Counted from the stretch's first letter, positions 1 to 9,956 are shown. The stretch is 64,000 nt of DNA from Thermodesulfobacteriota bacterium (GCA_040755455.1 JBFMAY010000005.1:1-64000); one strand, 5' to 3'. Notes: generated from the sequence alone by a model not told the origin. Made by a program: numbers and translations.

Positions 1-84
1 CAAAACAAACTGGCGTCCTGATACATAGCTCATCCACCCGCAGGGCCAGTGCCTCAGGCATCTGACCGGCTGAGGTGTTTTGCC

Positions 85-124
85 AAATCCCCGTTCCCCT
101 CCTGTGGTGGACGGGGATTTTTTT
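85..124 (+). terminator. Rho-independent terminator
   Basis: Stem aaatccccgt(85-94)/acggggattt(111-120) followed by a T-tract. Confidence 0.7.
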
Positions 125-390
125 ATGTGGCAACTCAACTTTTTTCTGAATCATGGCTTCTGAATCCTCTGGGAGCAAGCTTGCAGTAGCTGAAAAATAT
201 TATCTGATTTCAATATGTTATCGCAACGAGGAAAGTTGACTTTCAAGGTAAGTATGGTGAAAATATAGCCCAGGGTTCAGCAGAGAATGTCTTGCTGCTC
301 GCCTTGTCATATCCTAAAGGAAGTGCCGCCCAGGATGTCGCGATCGGCAACGGCAATGAGCAGGCAGAGTTGCTTATCTGCCTAAAAAGT

Positions 391-433
391 AAAGTCCCTG
401 GGAAGAGTTCTCGTTCTCCCCAGGGACTTTTTT
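391..433. terminator. Bidirectional Rho-independent terminator
   Basis: Stem aaagtccctggg/cccagggacttt with A- and T-runs on both sides; downstream of the minus-strand ORF ending at 500. Confidence 0.75.
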
Positions 434-499
434 GCGTGATACGCGATATAGTATCCCTGATTCAGGTTGTGGGCAAATCCAGCCCATGTCTGTTTTTTA

Positions 500-919
500 T
501 TAATCCACCCACAGGGGATAGCCGTCCTCGTCACGGAGTGACACAACTACATCGCCAATGGTAATTTCCGTAGCAATGTTAACAAGCATGATTTCGTCAT
601 CAAATTCGAATTCAACCGTGAATCCTACAACTCTTATATAATCACCTTTTTTCGGCCGCTCAACGCCGATTGCTTCCCAGAAATATTGGGGTCCTACTCC
701 GCTGATAAGAATATCCTCGTCCACGTTGTCCGCATCAAGAAGAAGACCCTCACCTTTCACGCATCCCACTACCGTACCGCTGTAATCAAAGGGAGTGCCG
801 CTGAAAATGTCGTGGATCGGACCTGAACCGTCCTCTGCACCATTTGCCGCCCAGCCTATTCCTGCCCCAAAAACTGTTAAAGCAAGCAGCAAAACGAGAC
901 GTGTCACCATATTTTTCAT
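500..919 (-). CDS. Secreted/periplasmic hypothetical protein, probable OB-fold (GP..yW...GD.i.V.G...LRD..G.PLW)
   Basis: Signal peptide MKNMVTRLVLLLALTVFGAGIGWA; RBS gaggtg before ATG 919; beta-rich mature part. Confidence 0.65.
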   Translation of the reverse strand: MKNMVTRLVLLLALTVFGAGIGWAANGAEDGSGPIHDIFSGTPFDYSGTVVGCVKGEGLLLDADNVDEDILISGVGPQYFWEAIGVERPKKGDYIRVVGFTVEFEFDDEIMLVNIATEITIGDVVVSLRDEDGYPLWVD

Positions 920-1374
920 AATCTTCCACCTCATGTTATTTCAACTCGTTAATTACCAATGGCCTCTGTGCTATGAAATGGAACAAAGATAGTCCCGACA
1001 TCAAACGGTTATGTGCTTGGCTATAAAAATCTGGTCACAATATTTTCTCCATCACCTCCTCTGTTAATTTTTTTTCAAGGATGTCAGGTGTTATCGTTAT
1101 TCTCCGTCATTTTGCCAGTAAAGTAACTCATGCCGCACCTTGTGCTGACTGCAATTCGCAATGGGAATTTGGCGGCAGGCCATAATCTTTTTGACGGTTA
1201 AATGAACTAAAAGGTTGCATTGAAAGATAAACTTGAAGCGAAGGCGGAAAAAGTAGGGCCTCGGCTTGATAAAACATTGCCGGCGTTATAGAGTAGGCGC
1301 CTGTACTTACAAAAAATGATTTTGCCGATGGCCGTCTTGTTGGTAAGCAATCTGCAGATACCTGAGGACCGTTG

Positions 1375-1881
1375 ATGACTATGCTGGAATTGACTGAGAG
1401 ATTTAAGCCGCTGCCCAGGAGCAGAGAGGGATTCTGTTTCGGTTGCGGGTCGGACAATAAGGCAGGACTCGGCATGCAGTTTTTTTCCGACGGCGATTCC
1501 GTGGTTTCCCGGGTGGCGGTGCCGGATCATCTCTGCGGCTGGGGAAGGGTGGTGCACGGCGGCATCATCTCCACCATGCTGGATGAGGTCATGGGCTGGA
1601 CCGCCATTTATCTGCTCAAGCGTCTGGTGCTGACCAAATCCCTGCAGGTGCAGTTCGCCAAGCCGCTTTTTGCCGGGCAGATGCTCTGGCTGGCTGGCCG
1701 GGTCGAGGAAAAAACCAGTGAGCGCGAGGCGTTGTTGACTGCCGAGCTGTTTAATCCCGCAGGCGAGCGCTGCGCCGTATCCCAAGGAGTTTTCGCGCTC
1801 TTTACCGGTGACGTGGCCAAAAAACTTGGTTTCCTTGACCCGGTCCTGGTGGATGAGATTACCGCAAAATTTCTGGTGTAA
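1375..1881 (+). CDS. PaaI family (hotdog-fold) thioesterase
   Basis: CFGCG..N..GL N-terminus and VHGGIISTMLDEVMG motif. Confidence 0.9.
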   Translation: MTMLELTERFKPLPRSREGFCFGCGSDNKAGLGMQFFSDGDSVVSRVAVPDHLCGWGRVVHGGIISTMLDEVMGWTAIYLLKRLVLTKSLQVQFAKPLFAGQMLWLAGRVEEKTSEREALLTAELFNPAGERCAVSQGVFALFTGDVAKKLGFLDPVLVDEITAKFLV

Positions 1882-1883
1882 AG

Positions 1884-2681
1884 ATGGATGGACAGACAAA
1901 ACGCTTTAAGCTGGTCCTGGAGTTTGACGGCAGACGCTACAGCGGCTGGCAGAAACAGGATGATGCCAGGACCATCCAGGGCAGCCTGCTTGCGGTCGCG
2001 GCCGAGCTGTACGGCAGTCAGGTGGATGTGCAGGGCAACGGTCGCACCGACGGCGGGGTGCATGCCCTGCAGTTCGTCGCCCATCTGGAGGCGGCAACCG
2101 ATGACGCCCCCCTGGAAGTGGCCCGGCGCATGAACGCCCTGCTGCCGCAGGACATCAACATCCTCAAGCTGCACAAGGCCGGTCCCCGCTTCCATGCCCG
2201 CCACAACTGCCTCGGCCGCAGTTATCTCTACCAGCTCGCCAAACGCCGCACCGCCTTCTGCAAAGGCTATGTCTGGCAGCAGGATGAACCGCTCAAGGTC
2301 AGTGACATGCGGCAGGCCGCCGGGCTGCTCGTTGGCATGCACGACTTCACCTCGTTTACCGACCGGCAGGTGATCAAGAAAAAATCGCCGCAGGTCCTGA
2401 TCAACAAGGCCCAGGTTGGCGAAACCGACGAGCTGGTGCTTCTCCGTTTCGTTGGTTCCCATTTCCTGTGGAAGATGGTGCGCCGCATCGTCGGCGTGCT
2501 GGCGGCAATCGGCCGGGGGCAGCTTTCTCCTGCCGACCTGCAGCGTTTTCTGCAGGAGCCGGTCAACCTCAGCCGCTTCACTGCCCCGGCCCAGGGGCTT
2601 TTCTTTGAACGGGCCTTCTACAACCAGGAGGAGCTGGACAGCTTCCTCGCCACCGACGAAATACGCCCCTGTTTCTTCTGA
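1884..2681 (+). CDS. truA: tRNA pseudouridine synthase, TruA family
   Basis: FDGRRYSGWQKQ, GRTDGGVHA catalytic motif, HDFTSF, FLWKMVRRIVG, TAPAQGL. Confidence 0.88.
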   Translation: MDGQTKRFKLVLEFDGRRYSGWQKQDDARTIQGSLLAVAAELYGSQVDVQGNGRTDGGVHALQFVAHLEAATDDAPLEVARRMNALLPQDINILKLHKAGPRFHARHNCLGRSYLYQLAKRRTAFCKGYVWQQDEPLKVSDMRQAAGLLVGMHDFTSFTDRQVIKKKSPQVLINKAQVGETDELVLLRFVGSHFLWKMVRRIVGVLAAIGRGQLSPADLQRFLQEPVNLSRFTAPAQGLFFERAFYNQEELDSFLATDEIRPCFF

Positions 2682-5600
2682 TTATTGCTGCGTGTCAGCC
2701 TGACCGCGGTCTTTGGCGTGGTCCCGGGCCACCAGCATGTAGATCGACGGCACGATGAACAGGGTGAAAATGGTGCCCACCGTGATGCCGCCGACCAGCA
2801 CCAGACCGATGGAGTTTCGGGCCGCGGCGCCGGCGCCGGTCACCAGGGTCAGCGGGAAATGGCCGGCCGCCGTGGCCGCGCTGGTCATGAGGATCGGCCG
2901 CAGCCGGGTCATGGAGGCCTCCCTGACCGCATCCAGCTTGGAGTGGCCCTGCAGCTGCAGTTTGTTGGCGAACTCGACGATGAGGATGCCGTTTTTGGAA
3001 ACCAGGCCGACCAGGGTGACCAGACCGACCTGGGAGTAGATGTTCATGGTGGTGGTCCAGCCGTGGGTCCAGAAAGGCGCGTTGGGGTCCGGCATCTTGA
3101 GGAAGGTGAAGATAAGCGCCCCGAAAATGCCCAGCGGCACGGAACCGGCCAGGATGACGAACGGGTCGCGGAAGCTGTTGAACTGGGCGGCCAGCACCAG
3201 GAAGATGAGCACCACGGCCAACGCGAAGGCCGGGAGGAATTTGTTGCCCTCGGTGCGCAGCTGCCGGGATTCGCCGGTGTAGTCGATCACATAACCTTGG
3301 GGCAGGATTTTGGCCGCTTCATCCTCAAGGAATTGCAGCGCTTCGCCAAGGGGGCGGATCGACACGCCGCTGATTTTCACGGCATTGAGCTGCTGGAAGC
3401 GGTTGAGGGAACGCGGCACAGTGGAATTGTCAATGGTGGCAATGGTGCTGAGCGGCACCAGCTGGCCGGCCGGTCCGGTGATATAAATGTCCTTGAGCTG
3501 GTCCGGGTTGAGCCGGTCCACCCGCTGGATCTGCGGAATGACCTTGTAGCTGCGGCCGGCGATGTCGAAGCGGTTGACGAAGTTGCCGCCGATCATGGCC
3601 CCGATGTCGGCCCCCACCTGTTCCAGGTTGAGCCCGAGGTCAGCCACCTTGTCGCGGTTGATGACAAATTCCGACTGGGGCTGGTCGATTTTTACATCGA
3701 TGATGGGCGGAAAGGCAAAAAGCCCGCTCTGCATCGCCTTCTGCTGCAACTGTTGGGCAAGCTGCAGAATCTCTTCTGTCTCGGCTGTGGAGGCCAGGAT
3801 GAACTCCACCGGGAACTGGCCGCCGCCGGGCAGGGAAGGTGGGAGAACCGGGAACATCTGGATGCCGGATATGCCATGCAGTTTCTGCTGCACCTCGGGC
3901 ATGATCTGGAAGATGGTGCGTTCTCGCTGGTCCCATGGCTTGGTGACCATGCCGCCGAAACCGGAACTGGGCTGGGTGATCTGGAAGGTGAAATCCGTCT
4001 CCGGTATGCTGAGAAACATCGTGTTGGCCGCCGCCGCATAGCGGCTGGTCTGATCCAGGGTGGAGTTGGCCGCCGCATCGATAATGCCGAAAATAACTCC
4101 CTGGTCCTCGTTGGGGGCAAGTTCAACCGGCGACATCCTGAACATGGGGATGGTCAGCATACTGAGCACGAGCCACACCAGGTAAACGGCCGGCCGGGCG
4201 TGCAGGGTGGCGTCAAGCCAGCGGCCGTAAACGTTGCGCAGCCGTTTGAAGTCGCGGGTGATTTTGCCTGCCAGGCCATGCTCCTCCAGACCCGGTTTCA
4301 AGAGTTTGGCGGTCATCATGGGTGACAGGGTGAGGGCGACCACCCCGGAGATGGTGACGGCGCCTGCCAGGGTGAAGGCGAATTCGCGGAACAGAGAGCC
4401 GGTGAGCCCTCCCTGCAGGCCGATGGGGGCATAGACAGCGGCCAGGGTGATGGTCATGGCAATGATAGGGCCGATCAGCTCGCGGGCGCCGACCAAGGCC
4501 GCGTCGAGAGGGGATTTGCCCTCGCCGAGATGCCGCTCCACGTTTTCCACCACCACGATGGCGTCATCCACCACGAGACCGACGGACAGCACGATGGCCA
4601 GCAGGGTGAGCAGATTGATGGTGAAGCCGAACACCTGCATGAGGAACACCCCGCCGATGAGCGACAGCGGGATGGCGATCACCGGAATGAATACCGAGCG
4701 AAAAGAGCCGAGGAAGAGGAAGATGATGACCACGACGATCATCAGGGTGTCGGCCAGGGTTTTGATAACCTCGTGGATGGCGTTGTTGATGTAGTCGGTG
4801 GCGTCATAGGCGATGCGCGCCTGCATGCCGGAGGGCAGATCCTGCTGCACCCCGTCCATGGCGGTCCGCACCCTTTTGACCACATCAAGGGAGTTGGCGT
4901 TGGGCAGGGGCCAGATGCCCATGAACACCGCGGTCTGGCCTGAGAAGCGGACCTCGGTGTCATAATCCTCCGCGCCCAGCACCACCTCGCCGATATCCGC
5001 CAGCCGGATCAGCGCGCCGTTCTCCTCGCGGATGACCAGATTTTTGAATTCCGCGACCGAGCGCAGATCGGTGTTGGCGGTGAGGTTTACCTGGATCAGT
5101 GACCCCTTGGTCTGGCCGAGGGCGGAGAGGTAGTTGTTGGCGGCCAGGGCTTGGCGGACCTGGGCCGGGCTGATATTATAGGCGGCCATGCGGTCAGGTT
5201 TCAGCCAGATGCGCATGGCAAAAGTGCGGGCGCCCAGGATATCGGCACGCTGCACGCCTTCCACCGCCGTCAGGCGGGGCTGCACCACGCGGACCAGGTA
5301 GTCGGTGATTTCGTTCTGCTTGAGAACCGTGGAGGTGAAGCTGAGGTAGACGGAGGCAAACTGGCTGTCGGCGGACTCGATGTTGATGACCGGCACTTCG
5401 GCCTCCGGCGGCAGGTCGCGGCGGACCTGATCGACTTTGGAGCCGACTTCGGCCAGGGCTTTGGTGGCATCGTAGTTCAGTTTCAGGCGTACGTTGATGG
5501 TGGAGACGCCCTGGGCGCTCTGGCTCTCGATGTAATCAATGCCGTCGGCGGCGGCAATGGCCCGCTCCAGCGGGGTGGTGATGAAGCCGCGCACCAGCTC

Positions 5601-5768
5601 GGCGCTGGCCCCGACATAAACGGTGGTCACGGTGATCGCGGAGTTTTCGCTGACCGGGAACTGGCGGACGTTGAGTGAGCGGATCGCCTGCAGACCGGCA
5701 ATGGTGATCACAAGGCTGATCACCAGAGCGAGAACGGGACGGCGGATAAAAAGGTCAGTAAAGTGCAT
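2682..5768 (-). CDS. RND efflux transporter permease subunit (AcrB/MexW-like)
   Basis: 1028 aa; FIRRPV start, GLVVDDAIVVVEN, KNGILIVEFA, RLRPILMT. Confidence 0.96.
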   Translation of the reverse strand: MHFTDLFIRRPVLALVISLVITIAGLQAIRSLNVRQFPVSENSAITVTTVYVGASAELVRGFITTPLERAIAAADGIDYIESQSAQGVSTINVRLKLNYDATKALAEVGSKVDQVRRDLPPEAEVPVINIESADSQFASVYLSFTSTVLKQNEITDYLVRVVQPRLTAVEGVQRADILGARTFAMRIWLKPDRMAAYNISPAQVRQALAANNYLSALGQTKGSLIQVNLTANTDLRSVAEFKNLVIREENGALIRLADIGEVVLGAEDYDTEVRFSGQTAVFMGIWPLPNANSLDVVKRVRTAMDGVQQDLPSGMQARIAYDATDYINNAIHEVIKTLADTLMIVVVIIFLFLGSFRSVFIPVIAIPLSLIGGVFLMQVFGFTINLLTLLAIVLSVGLVVDDAIVVVENVERHLGEGKSPLDAALVGARELIGPIIAMTITLAAVYAPIGLQGGLTGSLFREFAFTLAGAVTISGVVALTLSPMMTAKLLKPGLEEHGLAGKITRDFKRLRNVYGRWLDATLHARPAVYLVWLVLSMLTIPMFRMSPVELAPNEDQGVIFGIIDAAANSTLDQTSRYAAAANTMFLSIPETDFTFQITQPSSGFGGMVTKPWDQRERTIFQIMPEVQQKLHGISGIQMFPVLPPSLPGGGQFPVEFILASTAETEEILQLAQQLQQKAMQSGLFAFPPIIDVKIDQPQSEFVINRDKVADLGLNLEQVGADIGAMIGGNFVNRFDIAGRSYKVIPQIQRVDRLNPDQLKDIYITGPAGQLVPLSTIATIDNSTVPRSLNRFQQLNAVKISGVSIRPLGEALQFLEDEAAKILPQGYVIDYTGESRQLRTEGNKFLPAFALAVVLIFLVLAAQFNSFRDPFVILAGSVPLGIFGALIFTFLKMPDPNAPFWTHGWTTTMNIYSQVGLVTLVGLVSKNGILIVEFANKLQLQGHSKLDAVREASMTRLRPILMTSAATAAGHFPLTLVTGAGAAARNSIGLVLVGGITVGTIFTLFIVPSIYMLVARDHAKDRGQADTQQ

Positions 5769-5830
5769 GGCGCGGCGTGTTGGCAGAGGTTGGCGGAGAA
5801 ATCACCTGTCCTGGCTGAGAGGCCGGGGGA

Positions 5831-6961
5831 TCAATTGTCTTGCGGTTTTGGCGCGAGATTGAACTCGGGGGCCAGTTCGTTGTTGACCACTGCGGTCTGG
5901 CCGTTGCGCAGCTTGAAAACCCCGGTGCTGACGATTGTCTCCCCTTGCCCCAGGCCCGATACCACGGCGACGAAATCACCGCGTTTTTCCCCGAGCTTGA
6001 CAAATTGCTGGCTCAGCACGGTTTCCTGCTGCCCCGTTTGTTCGTTTTTGGTCTGCCTGAGCACAAAAACCGAATCGCTGTAAGGCGCATAGAGCACGGC
6101 GGTGGCCGGGATGACGATGACCTGTTGCCGCTCCGGCAGCACCACCTCCACGTTGACGAAGAGTCCGGGACGCAGCAGTTCCTGTTCATTGGCCACCGTG
6201 GCCTGGATACGGATGTTGCGGGTGGCGCTGTCCACTTCAGGATTGATGGTCGTTATCTCCCCGGCCAGACTCTGGCCAGGCAGGGCGTCTGTTTTGATCC
6301 GTATGCTGAGCCCTTTGTGAATCAGGCCGAGATGCTGCTGGGGCAGCAGGAAATCGACAAAAATCGGATCCAGATTCTGCAGCGAGACAATGGGCTCATC
6401 CTCCTTGAGGATCTGCCCCAGATTGATCAGGCGGATGCCCAGCCGCCCGGCAAAGGGGGCGCGGATATTTTTTTTGCTGATGGTCGCCCGGATGCTGTCC
6501 ACCTGGGCCATGGCCTGTTTGTACTCCGCCTCGGCGGTATCATAGAGGGACTGGGCGATGTTCTGCTGGGCAAGAAGTCCGGTGTAGCGATCCAGATTGA
6601 GTTTGGCCAGGGCCGCGGCAGTTTCGGCCGATCGGAGCTGGGCCTCCTCGGATGTGGTGTCCTGGCGGACCAGCAGGTCGCCGGCCTGCACCTTGCTGCC
6701 GGGGGTAAAGGCGATATGGGTGACCTTGCCGGATACCTCCGCCGACACGGTCACGCCCTGCACCGCGGTCAGCGAGCCGATGGCGGTCAGGGCGGCGTCC
6801 CAGGACGCTGGCTGCGCCGTGGCGGTGGTGACGATCTCCGGCGGCAGGGTAAACTTGCTATTCTGGTCGATCATGCGGCGGATCTGCAGGAATTTGATGC
6901 CGCCGAGGATGCCGGCCAGAACAAGCAGGGCAATAACAGCAAGAAAGATACGTTTTATCAT
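5831..6961 (-). CDS. RND efflux periplasmic adaptor (membrane fusion protein)
   Basis: N-terminal TM, V.AEVSGKV, IRAPFAGRLG, LRPGLFV; directly upstream of the RND permease. Confidence 0.95.
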   Translation of the reverse strand: MIKRIFLAVIALLVLAGILGGIKFLQIRRMIDQNSKFTLPPEIVTTATAQPASWDAALTAIGSLTAVQGVTVSAEVSGKVTHIAFTPGSKVQAGDLLVRQDTTSEEAQLRSAETAAALAKLNLDRYTGLLAQQNIAQSLYDTAEAEYKQAMAQVDSIRATISKKNIRAPFAGRLGIRLINLGQILKEDEPIVSLQNLDPIFVDFLLPQQHLGLIHKGLSIRIKTDALPGQSLAGEITTINPEVDSATRNIRIQATVANEQELLRPGLFVNVEVVLPERQQVIVIPATAVLYAPYSDSVFVLRQTKNEQTGQQETVLSQQFVKLGEKRGDFVAVVSGLGQGETIVSTGVFKLRNGQTAVVNNELAPEFNLAPKPQDN

Positions 6962-7141
6962 GGCATAATGGTAGGTGATGCGCAGCTTTGGTGTCGCGAA
7001 GATTTTTTTTGTTAGGGATAAATGTTACGAAATACCATATATGAGACAGCCAGGGAAGTCAATGGATCGATGTGGTAGCTTGAGCAGAAAACCGGTATTG
7101 TTGAATATATTGGACGTTTTCGGGGTGACCTGCTTTTTTTT

Positions 7142-7176
7142 AAAAAAGTGGCTGGCGCTTTATGCCAGCCACTTTT
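7142..7176 (-). terminator. Rho-independent terminator after the paralogue pair
   Basis: aaaagtggctggc/gccagccactttt perfect 13-bp stem; T-tract on the minus strand. Confidence 0.8.
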
Positions 7177-7221
7177 CATGAGTCAATTGCAGAGTTGTCT
7201 TTGCCGCGGGTTAACGGGACA

Positions 7222-8394
7222 TCAAAGTTTTCTTGCGACAATGATGTTGATCGCCATCTCCTGGGCGGCCAGTATGGAGGCCTGTACCGTGGCCACATTG
7301 GCGCTTTGCACCTCCTGGGTTACCAGTATCTGCTCCGCCTCCATGCCGATGTTGTCGGCCATGGCCAGTATCTGATCCCCCATTTCCAGGATGCGGTTGG
7401 CCATGACGCCGATATCGGCGGACATCTGCAGCATGCTTTTCAGCGAATCGGCGAGGGTGGTGGCAGAGGTAATGGCCTTCAGGCCGTTAATGGCGATGAC
7501 ATAGCCGTCCACCGCGGTGGACAGCGCGGTGAGCATGATGGACATGTTGGCCAGGCTGGTCAGCGACGTCTGGTTGATGTACATGGTGCTGGTCGTTGTC
7601 TGCTCCATCACCGGGGCCAGGGTGGTAGTTACCTCGTTTAAGAAATTGTGCACATCGGTGGCCACGGTTTTCAGCTGCTTTGCCATGGTCCACGGATTAA
7701 GCAGCACCGCAGCCATACGCGCGGCCAGCAGTTGGCCGTCAATCACCAGTTTGTCGAAACTGAGATCACTGGTGCTGGTTTCCACCACGGAAACAAGGGT
7801 GAGCATGTTGGTCTGGGTCTGCAGAATGGACTGCTGGGTGAGCAGGACATTCTGGTTCTGAATCTCCTGGGTGGCGAGGATGCGGTCCGCCATGAGGCCG
7901 ATGTTGTCGGCCATGACGAGGATCTTGTCTGCCATCTCCCCGATGCGGTCAGCCATGGTGCCTATGTCATCTGACAGCTGCAGCATGGCGGTGATGCCGT
8001 CCTTGATGGTTATGGCCTGGGATACCTGAGACAGGGCCTGCAGATCGACTGACAGGCGCAATCCCTCATCGGCAAGGCTCAGACCCACGGTGAAGAGTTC
8101 ATCCAGGGCACTCAGGCTGTCGGCATCAATCTGCAAGGGGGCGGCAAGGCTTGCATCAACCAGGGCGATGCTGTTGACCAGATCCCGGGCCGCCTGGTTG
8201 GCCTGGACCAGCGGTCCGCAGACCGTGTCGGCGTCCAGGCTGATCACGGCGAGCTGGCTGTCCAGATCCCGGGCCTGGATGACCAGATTCTGCAGATCGT
8301 CAGCCAGGGCTGCCTGCGCTGTTCTCGGCTGCAGGCTGAGGAGCACGAGGGTGACAAGGGCGGTAAGAAGTCCGTTGCGGATAAGTGCGTTCAT
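7222..8394 (-). CDS. Secreted alpha-helical hypothetical protein with duplicated Ile/Met heptad module (paralogue B)
   Basis: Signal peptide ending AQA; two copies of ML.lS.DIG.MA.RI.EM.D.IL.MADNIG.....IL.TQE.Q; RBS gggag. Confidence 0.85.
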   Translation of the reverse strand: MNALIRNGLLTALVTLVLLSLQPRTAQAALADDLQNLVIQARDLDSQLAVISLDADTVCGPLVQANQAARDLVNSIALVDASLAAPLQIDADSLSALDELFTVGLSLADEGLRLSVDLQALSQVSQAITIKDGITAMLQLSDDIGTMADRIGEMADKILVMADNIGLMADRILATQEIQNQNVLLTQQSILQTQTNMLTLVSVVETSTSDLSFDKLVIDGQLLAARMAAVLLNPWTMAKQLKTVATDVHNFLNEVTTTLAPVMEQTTTSTMYINQTSLTSLANMSIMLTALSTAVDGYVIAINGLKAITSATTLADSLKSMLQMSADIGVMANRILEMGDQILAMADNIGMEAEQILVTQEVQSANVATVQASILAAQEMAINIIVARKL

Positions 8395-8421
8395 GGTTGT
8401 TGCTCCCGTTGTCTAAGCTTA

Positions 8422-9582
8422 TTACAGACCGAAGTTATTGATCACGGTGATGGTGACGTTCTGGGCCGTGAGCAGGGAACTTTCAGTCAATTCGATGTTC
8501 GTCTGCTGCAGCTGCTGGGTCTCGACGATTCTATCGGACATGAGGCCGATATTATCCGCCATGACGATGATCTTATCGGTCATTTCCATGATCCGGTTGG
8601 ACATCTGGCCGATATCGGCGATGAGGCGCAGCATGCTGGCCGAGGCATCGGCCAGGATCGGTGTCTGGGTCAGAAAAGCGATCTGGTTTATGGTCACTGC
8701 ATAGGTTTCCAGAGCAGCGGCCAAGGTGCGGTGAATTGTGGAAAGATCGCCCAGCATGGTAAGGGTGTCGCCATTGATAACATGGCTGGCTGACTGGCTT
8801 TCCCTGCTCATCCAGGTGTACAGATCGACCGTGCCGGTGAGCAGTGCTGTTGTCAGCGTTTCGATCCGGCTTAACTCTGCAGCCATGTGATCACTGGTGA
8901 GTGACACCATGCCCATTTCGTCGGCAAGATTAGTGGCATCGGTCACAACCATGCCGAGGGTCAGATTGTAGGCGATGGAAGAGAGACTGTCGCTCAGCAC
9001 CACCATGTTCAGCTGGGTGGTGAGAATGGACGCCTGGGTGAGTGCCACATTGGCATTCTGGAGCTGCTGGGTGAGCAGAATACGGTTGGCCATGGCTCCG
9101 ATGTTGTCCGCCATGGCCAGGATACGGTCCGCCATCTCGAGAATACGGTTGGCCATGGTGCCGATGTCGTCAGCGAGGCGGAGCATGGCGCTCAGGGCGG
9201 ACCGGTATTCAAAAAGTTCGGCCGCGCTCTCAATGCTGCGCAGCTCCCAGGACAGTCGGACCGCTTCGGCTGACATATTTTGGGTAAGGTTGGAAAGGTC
9301 ATCCAGTGAAGTCAGATCGTCTGCCGTGAGGGTGAGCGGGGCGGCAAGCTGGCTGTAAACCATCTCTATGCCTGCCAGATAATCTTCGATGGAGGTGTTC
9401 AGGGTGCCAAGTTTCGTGCAGGTGTTGCCATCGCCCACTGTTATGGTTGACAGTTCGGTGTTCAATGCTGTTCCCTGGGCAAGCAGGCTCTGGAGATCAC
9501 TGGTCAGCGATGCCCGGGCCGGCAGCGCGGAAAACGTGATGGCTGCGGCAAGGATAAGGGCTGCCAGAATTTTTATTCTCAT
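8422..9582 (-). CDS. Secreted alpha-helical hypothetical protein with duplicated Ile/Met heptad module (paralogue A)
   Basis: Signal peptide ending ARA; same duplicated motif as 7222-8394; RBS gaggag. Confidence 0.85.
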   Translation of the reverse strand: MRIKILAALILAAAITFSALPARASLTSDLQSLLAQGTALNTELSTITVGDGNTCTKLGTLNTSIEDYLAGIEMVYSQLAAPLTLTADDLTSLDDLSNLTQNMSAEAVRLSWELRSIESAAELFEYRSALSAMLRLADDIGTMANRILEMADRILAMADNIGAMANRILLTQQLQNANVALTQASILTTQLNMVVLSDSLSSIAYNLTLGMVVTDATNLADEMGMVSLTSDHMAAELSRIETLTTALLTGTVDLYTWMSRESQSASHVINGDTLTMLGDLSTIHRTLAAALETYAVTINQIAFLTQTPILADASASMLRLIADIGQMSNRIMEMTDKIIVMADNIGLMSDRIVETQQLQQTNIELTESSLLTAQNVTITVINNFGL

Positions 9583-9695
9583 ATTTTTCTCCTCGGGAAT
9601 TGTGGTGTTTATGTTTAATTATTTAATTAAATACCAATATAATGACAATAGTAACGATTTGCAAATATTTTTTTAAAATTTGATACGTAATTAAG

Positions 9696-9795
9696 GAGCC
9701 GTTACGAAATAATTTGTACAATTCTGCCCGGTTCTTTATGGCTCCTTCTGCCGTTTTGGTTATCAGCATGACCATGTTATTTTTTTACAATGGCT
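9696..9795. mobile_element. ~100-bp dispersed repeat / MITE-like element, copy 1
   Basis: Near-identical to 59888-59988; starts gagccgttacgaaataa and ends in a degenerate inverted copy. Confidence 0.7.
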
Positions 9796-9956
9796 AGTTG
9801 TAGCCGGAGCAGGGGCCGCATGAAGCAGAGAAAAGGTGTAGCGGTTCGATGAAGGGAATTGGGTGCCTGTTTGACGAAAAGGCGTTATAAAGGCAGTGAT
9901 GAAATTTTTCCGCAAGCAGAAGAAACTGGAAGGGCGGCAGGCTGACTGAGACCAAG

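Noticed and set aside
292..564. 90-aa plus-strand ORF
   Set aside because: TTG start without RBS, runs through a terminator and overlaps the convergent gene; better explained as structured non-coding sequence.
2685..7015. Long antisense ORFs (e.g. 2685-4325, 5840-7015; also 29101-30273, 31549-32736, 43563-44573)
   Set aside because: Shadow frames of well-supported genes in GC-rich DNA, with no recognisable motifs.
2682..9582. Idea that the helical paralogue pair replaces the missing TolC of the adjacent RND pump
   Set aside because: A strong terminator (7142-7176) separates the pair from the RND genes, no beta-barrel-forming segments are evident, and RND operons without an OMF are common.
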